Shown: in pieces, positions 56,576-64,000 of the stretch
Numbering within the stretch: the stretch's first letter is position 1
How the letters are laid out: each line of letters starts with the position of its first letter
Assembly (NCBI GenBank): GCA_951406725.2
Contig: OX597840.1
Span: forward strand, 496,001 to 560,000
DNA length: 64,000 bases
Direction of reading: 5' to 3'
Source of the DNA: Octopus vulgaris
Taxonomy: Eukaryota
Made by a program: the position numbers and the translations under genes
Notes under the pieces: model-generated
Told to the model about the DNA's origin: nothing
Databases searched by the model: none
The model's input: the letters and a program-made list of their open reading frames with translations, nothing else

Positions 56576-56814
56576 CGTCCTCTTGCATACATATACGGAT
56601 ATACATGCATACATATATATCTATAAACGAATATGTAAACATATCTTCATACATGTAAAGCTATATAAATATATATGCATACAGACACACAGACATACAT
56701 ACTCATATATTTGTACAAACACACACATACATATTACTGAAATCTCTGTATATCTCTGTCGCTCTCTGCATATATATATATATGTATATATATGTTTATA
56801 TATATACATATATG

Positions 56815-56855
<41 letters not shown>

Positions 56856-57598
56856 TTATATGTGTAAGTATATGTGTATATACATGTATGCATATATATA
56901 TATACATATATTTATGTACATATATATATATATATATACATATGTATATATACATATATATATACGCATGCAGATACATACGCATGCAGATATATATATA
57001 TATGTGCACACGCATACAGATACTGAAATTGAAATATATACTATTCATATCTATTTATACACACTTGAACACACATGAACACACACACCTCACACACACA
57101 CACACACACACCACACACACATACACACATACACAGAGAGGAACACACGTACGTATAATTACATTTGTCTCAGACTCTATGTAACTCAATTTTCTGACTG
57201 AGAACCGCTAATTGAAATCGTATGTATTAGAGGTGACTTTTCTTTCAGTGATGAATCATCTCTCAATTCCCTATACTCCTAGATACACAATTCCACACCC
57301 CCATCCACGAGTAGGTTTTCATCAACGCAGTCTCCACCTTTCAAACTCGGACGCCATCACCGTCTCACTTATATCAGAATGTGGATCATTGTCTTTCATA
57401 TTAAGATCCACATAAGTGCACCACTCCCACACACCTACACACACACGAACGCACAGACCCACGCACATAGGTATATATATATATATATATATATGTAAAT
57501 GTATATATGTATATATATATATATTTACATATATATACATATAAATATATTTACATATATCTACATGTATATATATAAATATATATGTATATATATAT

Positions 57599-57651
<53 letters not shown>

Positions 57652-57865
57652 TTGTTCTCTTACTTTATTATCATATGATAATCATGTCATAGTAATGACC
57701 CTTATGACTCGTATTACTACCTCAGTCACTCGAAATGTATATATTTGTCACTACCTGTCATAAATAGCCTTTTTCTATTTGCAATGTGAATTTTCGTTGA
57801 TTTTTCATATTTTACCCTTACATTTCCACGTGTATTTTATATTTTTCTTTTCGTAACATATTTCT

Positions 57866-57920
<55 letters not shown>

Positions 57921-57965
57921 GTGTATATTTGAGGTGTGCTGCGTCAAGAACGTATTAGGGTACTC

Positions 57966-58000
<35 letters not shown>

Positions 58001-58052
58001 TGTGTATATATATATACACACTCATATACATACACACACACAAACACACACC

Positions 58053-58115
<63 letters not shown>

Positions 58116-58117
58116 AA

Positions 58118-58155
58118 CTGCCCGAAGAACGGGAACGTGAAACTCTGAGTAACAT
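58118..58155 (+). ncRNA. Minimal hammerhead-like motif (CCGAAGA core) in a ~150-bp insert between (TA)n runs
   Basis: TGC-CCGAAGA-ACG GGAA CGT-GAA ACTC T GAGT A-ACA: GNRA-capped stem II, near-palindromic stem III, weak stem I. Confidence 0.55.
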
Positions 58156-58258
58156 ATTTTGTGATGTCTTTGCAAATTTATTAATAGCATATATTACTCA
58201 ACCTCCGGTAGTCGAGCGCTATTTTCTCCACCATGTTCCGTATTTTTATGCTTAGTCT

Positions 58259-58309
<51 letters not shown>

Positions 58310-58461
58310 CTTCATAGTACATATATTATTACGTACATAGTTACATATATACATGCGAATATATGTATATACACATACACAAATACACGCATACACACGC
58401 ACACATACACAGATATACGTACACCCTACCTCACACATACGCACACGCACGCAGGCACACA

Positions 58462-58553
<92 letters not shown>

Positions 58554-59130
58554 CTCGCTCAGTTGCATTTATGCATAGAAACACATTCATATACTTGCAC
58601 ACATACACGCACACACACACAGACATGTATTCCGACTCCTAAGCATACATACATAATCACATCCATACACACATACATTTATACATACGTACATACACAT
58701 ACATACAAACATAGATACATACGTACATTTATACATACGTACATACACATACATACATAGATACATACATACATGCATAAATGTATACATACGTAATCAA
58801 ATATATTACATCCATACACAAATGCGTACACACGCGTATACATATGTGTGTGTGTTATTGCAATCACTGATTTGAGAATTGAGCCAGAAGCGCCCTCTGT
58901 GAGATTTTCAACCGAGAACAACATCACAGACTTCAGAAAATTACTATATTAACCCATATTTGTGATGACTCACATTTCTAGATTTGAAATATAATGGAGC
59001 ATGTCTGTCTGTACATACACACACACACACATAGTATTTAGAATTTAGGGACAACTACGCGTCCTTGAAAACAAACAATACTTCTAAAGCGAGCTACAGA
59101 TGTGACTGGTGCAAAGAACTTCCATGGGTG

Positions 59131-59690
<560 letters not shown>

Positions 59691-60079
59691 TTATATATAA
59701 TATATACAAATATTACGGAGATGTACTTGCATAGCGAGTGACTTGATCTGAGATCGTGTGAGGGAACGAAAACAATTGCAGCGTGGAAGGTATTTATAAG
59801 CAAGCCATTTAAGAAACACACAACAATCGTATGGCTGCGCAGTGAGGTTAGAAGGTTTATCATCTTCAGATTTAAAGCACGGGACAGGTTGGGTATGGAA
59901 CTGGAAGGGTAGCCGGTTCCTAAACTATCTATCCATCCAAAAGAAGAAAAGTGTCCTTCATGCCAACTTCAACCTGGGCAATTTCAGTATCATCGTCAAC
60001 GTCTGAAACAGAGACTGAAAGCGAACGTTAAGAGTTTGTAAAATTAGATAAAGAATCCACACAAACAAGGAGAAAGTAT

Positions 60080-60380
60080 TGTTGTTCCATCTCGAGCCAT
60101 GCCTGGCTCATAAGGGCCGGTTTTTCCGGATTCTTTGGCGTATAGGTTCCTCACCTGGACGGGACGCCGGTCCGTCGCAGGTGAGCTGCAAGTAGCAGGA
60201 GAAAAGAGTGTGTGAAAGTTGTGGCGAGAGAATCAGTAGAAGTTCGTCATTACTTTCTGCCGGAGCCGCGTGGAGCTTAGGTGTTTCGCTCATAAACACA
60301 CACATTGCCCAGTTTGAGATTCGAACCCGCGATCCCTCGACCGCGAGTCCGCTGCTCTAACCACTAGGCCATGTGCCTCC
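60080..60380 (-). mobile_element. SINE family C head + tail Y, 15-bp TSD
   Basis: Head nearly identical to the one at 32523; ACAAGGAG(A/G)AAGTAT at 60065-60079 and 60381-60395. Confidence 0.9.
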
Positions 60381-61498
60381 ACAAGGAGGAAGTATAGCAA
60401 AACTGGAACTGAAACTAAGTTAGTAATATCCTCCAAGCTATCAACCCAAAAGGCAATAACATTTAGTCGAGAATTATCTGAAGATGGACTCAATGTGGAG
60501 TCTTCTTCCCAATCTGGTATTTACAGATCATCTATGAGAGAAGCTGTTAAACTAAAAAAGAAAATGAAGAAAAAGCTACATTTAGAAAACTGGTCATTGC
60601 TTTTTGATGGTAAACATTGTTTATCAAGTGCTAGTTATAAAGAATGAATAGAGGGAAGTTAAGTTAGAAGCAATCCAATTACCATAGGGAAAAGCCGATA
60701 CTGTTGTGAAAGGAATAACAGCTATTTTAGATGAATACAATTTATGGAACTGTGTAAAGATGATTGTCGCTGAGACAATGAGTGTGAACCCTGGGAAAAG
60801 AAATGATGTTGTCATTCAGTTGCAAAGACTGTTTGCTCAAAAGGGTTTGAAAGATCTGCAATTTATTGGTTCTCAGCATCATATCCTTGACAGAGTTCTT
60901 CGTGTTGTGATGGATAACAAACTTGGAGAAAAATGTCATCTCCCAATATTGAATATATCTTCATCCCAGAGCTTCTAACTAATTATGAGAAATTTCAGGC
61001 TAATTTCAACAATGGTAAAGAAAAGATTACTGAATCAACAGAATGGCGAGATGACATAAAATTTCTATATCATCTGACCAGTTTTACATTTCTTTGAAGA
61101 AATTGACAAATTTCCTACTGTAAAGTTTCAAAAAACTTAAGAAAGGCAAGATGGAATTCTCGAGCAATTCTAGCTCTTTTGGCATTTACTCTTCTACCAG
61201 GAAAAGTGATTTGCTTCTCAATGCTTGTCGATTCATCTCTAACAGCTGAGCAGGTTTTTGGTTTATTGAGAAAATGTTCAATGCACATGATTATCAGAAG
61301 TTATATGGTAGCCCGCAAATTCATAAAAAAAAAAGCATTGAGCTCTGTTAATAACTTTTGGAGTCGAGGACCATCAAAACTGGAAATTCCCAAAACAAAT
61401 CAGAGTGCAGAATGGGCAATCAATTGCCTTCAAGATTTTTATGATGCTTGTAAAAAGGAGAAACTTTAGCTTCGATATATTTTATCTAACGAAACATA

Positions 61499-61660
61499 GG
61501 CGCAGGAGTGGCTGTGTGGCAAGTAGCTTGCTAACCAGCCACATGATTCCGGGTTCAGTCCCCTGCGTGGCATCTTGGGCAAGTTTATTCTGCTATAGCT
61601 CCGGGCCGACCAAAGCCTTGTGAGTGGATTTGATAGACGGAAACTGAAAGAAGCCTGTCG

Positions 61661-61723
<63 letters not shown>

Positions 61724-61937
61724 TTGTGTGTCTGTGTTTGTCTCCCCAACATCGCTTGACAGCCGATGCTGGTGTGTTTACGTCCCCGTAACTTAGCGGT
61801 TCGGCAAAAAGAGACCGATAGAATAAGTAATGGGCTTACAAAGAATGAGTCCCGGGGTCGATTTGCTCTCGATTAAAAGCGGTGCTCCAGCATGGCCGCA
61901 GTCAAATAACTGAAACAAGTAAAAGAGTAAAGAGTAA
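61499..61937 (+). mobile_element. SINE family A, full length
   Basis: Complete head to (AAGAGTA)n tail. Confidence 0.92.
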
Positions 61938-62329
61938 CCACACAACACGTATCCTGAACACCCCTTAGATAATCCCAAACAACCCTATTGGACTTTCCAT
62001 TAATTTTTTAACTCTCCAATCCTGTTTTAATTGTTTAATGCTACATATATGCGTACGTATGAGGATGTAACTTGCTGACCCATTTCAATGCAGAAATAGC
62101 ATACCTGGAATTTCAGCTTTCTAGTTGAAGTATTTTCGGAGTTATGCGCCTTTTAAGCTTTACTCACTAGGTGGCACTAGATTTACACTTCAGTATTTCC
62201 GCCGCCTAAATCCTTGTAAACGCAAGTGAGATGAGGAATAAAAATGTACCTACATATTTTAAAGATTACTGATTTGAAATTAGCGTAATAATAAATCCCA
62301 GAGCGAGTTATAAACAGTAGCTACAACAC

Positions 62330-62693
62330 ATCGTGACGTATATTTGTCATTTAAATATGGCTAACCCTTAAGGGTGGATGCTACTGTAGCTTGTAGCTCC
62401 AGGAGGACACCTCCTCCAGCTGGCCATAGACACTTTCTGTGCCCTATCAGTATTTGCAAAGTGAAGCCATCCTTCCCGTCTTCAACTTATGATACACACG
62501 GACTCGAGTTTCTGAGTATTGACCTGTCATCGGCGTGTGACAATCACAGTTGTCGATGAGAAGTAGGTTCCCTTCACAAATACCTTTTTCCAGTATCGAT
62601 AGACACTGATATCGAAAAAGTGTGGGCAACAAACTACAGTGGCATCCACCCTTAAGGGTTAGCCATATTTAAATGGCAAATATACGTCATGAT
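62330..62693. mobile_element. MITE-like element with ~65-bp terminal inverted repeats
   Basis: TGACGTATATTTG(T/C)CATTTAAATATGGCTAACCCTTAAGGGTGGATGC(T/C)ACTGTAG at both ends, inverted; no clear TSD. Confidence 0.65.
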
Positions 62694-62890
62694 TTCAAAT
62701 TGCTCTATGCAAAGGTTTAAAACTAGGCTATTTAAAGAGAAGCCATTACAAAAATTCGATAACATACAACATTATAAACAATACATATTTTTAACTTTAT
62801 AGGTTTAATTCCAATTTTAAATAACTGTATTAAAAAAAGGGTGCTGAATGTTAGCAACTATTTAAACATAACTAAGAATTAATATATACA

Positions 62891-63273
62891 CTTTTACTCT
62901 TTTACTTGTTTCAGTCATTTGACTGCAGCCATGCTGAAGCACAGCCTTTAGTCGAGCAAATCGACCCCGGGACTTATTCTTTGTAAGCCCAGTACTTATT
63001 CTATCGGTCTCTTTTGCCAAACTGCTAAGTGACGGGGACGTAAACACCAGCGTCGGTTGTCAAGCAATGCTAGGGGGACAAACACAAACATACACGCACA
63101 CATATATATACATATATACAACGGGCTTCTTTCAGTTTCCGTCAACCAAATCCACTCACAAGGCTTTGGTCGGCCCGAGGCTATAGTAGAAGACACTTGC
63201 CCAAGGTGTCACGCAGTGAGACTGAACCCGGAACCGTGTGGTTGGTAAGCAAGCTATTTACCATGCATCCACT

Positions 63274-63274
<1 letters not shown>
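62891..63274 (-). mobile_element. SINE family A, near full length
   Basis: Collinear with the other copies. Confidence 0.9.
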
Positions 63275-63307
<33 letters not shown>

Positions 63308-64000
63308 CCATACTTCTATATACTAATGCACATAAAAAATCTCTCACACACACATGCGTGCACATACACACAAACACACACATACAGACACATGTATATT
63401 TATAAAAGCTCGGGGCCAACAAACACACATATTTACACAGCTATACAAACACACATATACACACATGCAAAGACACGCGCGCACGCACACACACACACAC
63501 ACACATATATATGTATATATCGAGAGGGAGAAGTTCCTCTATAAGTATAGATAGAGATGTACTTACATATGATAACATCATTATAAAAACAAGATGTCAG
63601 CCTTTGAATTTTACATCGACAGATATATTCGGTGAAGTGAACAGTTAATGCGTTATTCCCGTTATATCATATTGTAAATATCCGGTTTGCTATAAAATTT
63701 CCGGTTTGTTTTATTGTTTACAATCAATAAATCAATCAGTTGCCCTCACATTATTTTAGCTTGACAGTAAGAATTTAATATCCTGTTGACACTAAATGAA
63801 AATGTCAGACGTCTTAAATAAAAGAGATGAATTATTTAAAATGTGGTACTTCTCGGCAATACCTCAAGGCTGTAGCTACTTTCACTTAGAGAGGCAGATA
63901 GACAAATGCACTTATATATCTGTTGTTGTTGCTGTTCAGATTGAAGTCAGCCTTAATCCAACTGCCTAGAGTGAAATGTAATATATCGTTCGCTATTCTT

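Larger units (their letters stand above)
59850..62209 (+). mobile_element. hAT-superfamily (hATm-like) transposon relic interrupted by two SINEs
   Basis: WSLLFDGK, ETMSVNPGKRNDVV (DTTSVNTG-like), FIGSQHHILD (CxHH-like), ARWNSRAIL, TNQSAEWAI (NxxAER-like); possible terminus ..CGCCTAA at 62209. Confidence 0.7.

Noticed and set aside
57692-57754. Degenerate hammerhead-like motifs here and at about 4905-4945, 14030-14080, 20160-20198 and 42618-42645
   Set aside because: Each has core mutations or missing stems and is single-copy in the window; cannot be separated from chance without consensus building.

Overview
Eukaryotic, gene-poor and extremely repeat-rich DNA. The density of (TA)n/(CA)n/(TATC)n/(TAA)n microsatellites and the SINE types point to an octopus-like coleoid cephalopod (inference, not searched). 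I find no credible host protein-coding exon: nearly all ORF-track entries are microsatellite translations. The recognisable content is (a) decayed transposon ORFs: Penelope-like GIY-YIG, CR1-like, Tx1/L1-like, R4/Dong-like, mariner, maT/Tc1-like and hATm-like; (b) two non-autonomous Helitron-like elements; (c) many tRNA-headed SINEs built from shuffled modules; (d) short elements in (TA)n tracts carrying minimal type-I hammerhead ribozyme motifs, several with non-canonical cores. The strongest candidate for an undescribed system is SINE family B. Its young form shares its 3' end with a Tx1-clade LINE present in the window, and it forms head+(body)n arrays at two loci. All five junctions in those arrays are identical (GAAATA|GGTATTTC), which suggests repeated site-specific insertion into its own tRNA-like head. 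All alignments and structures were done by eye. Family labels (A, B, C, E, F, W etc.) are my own.
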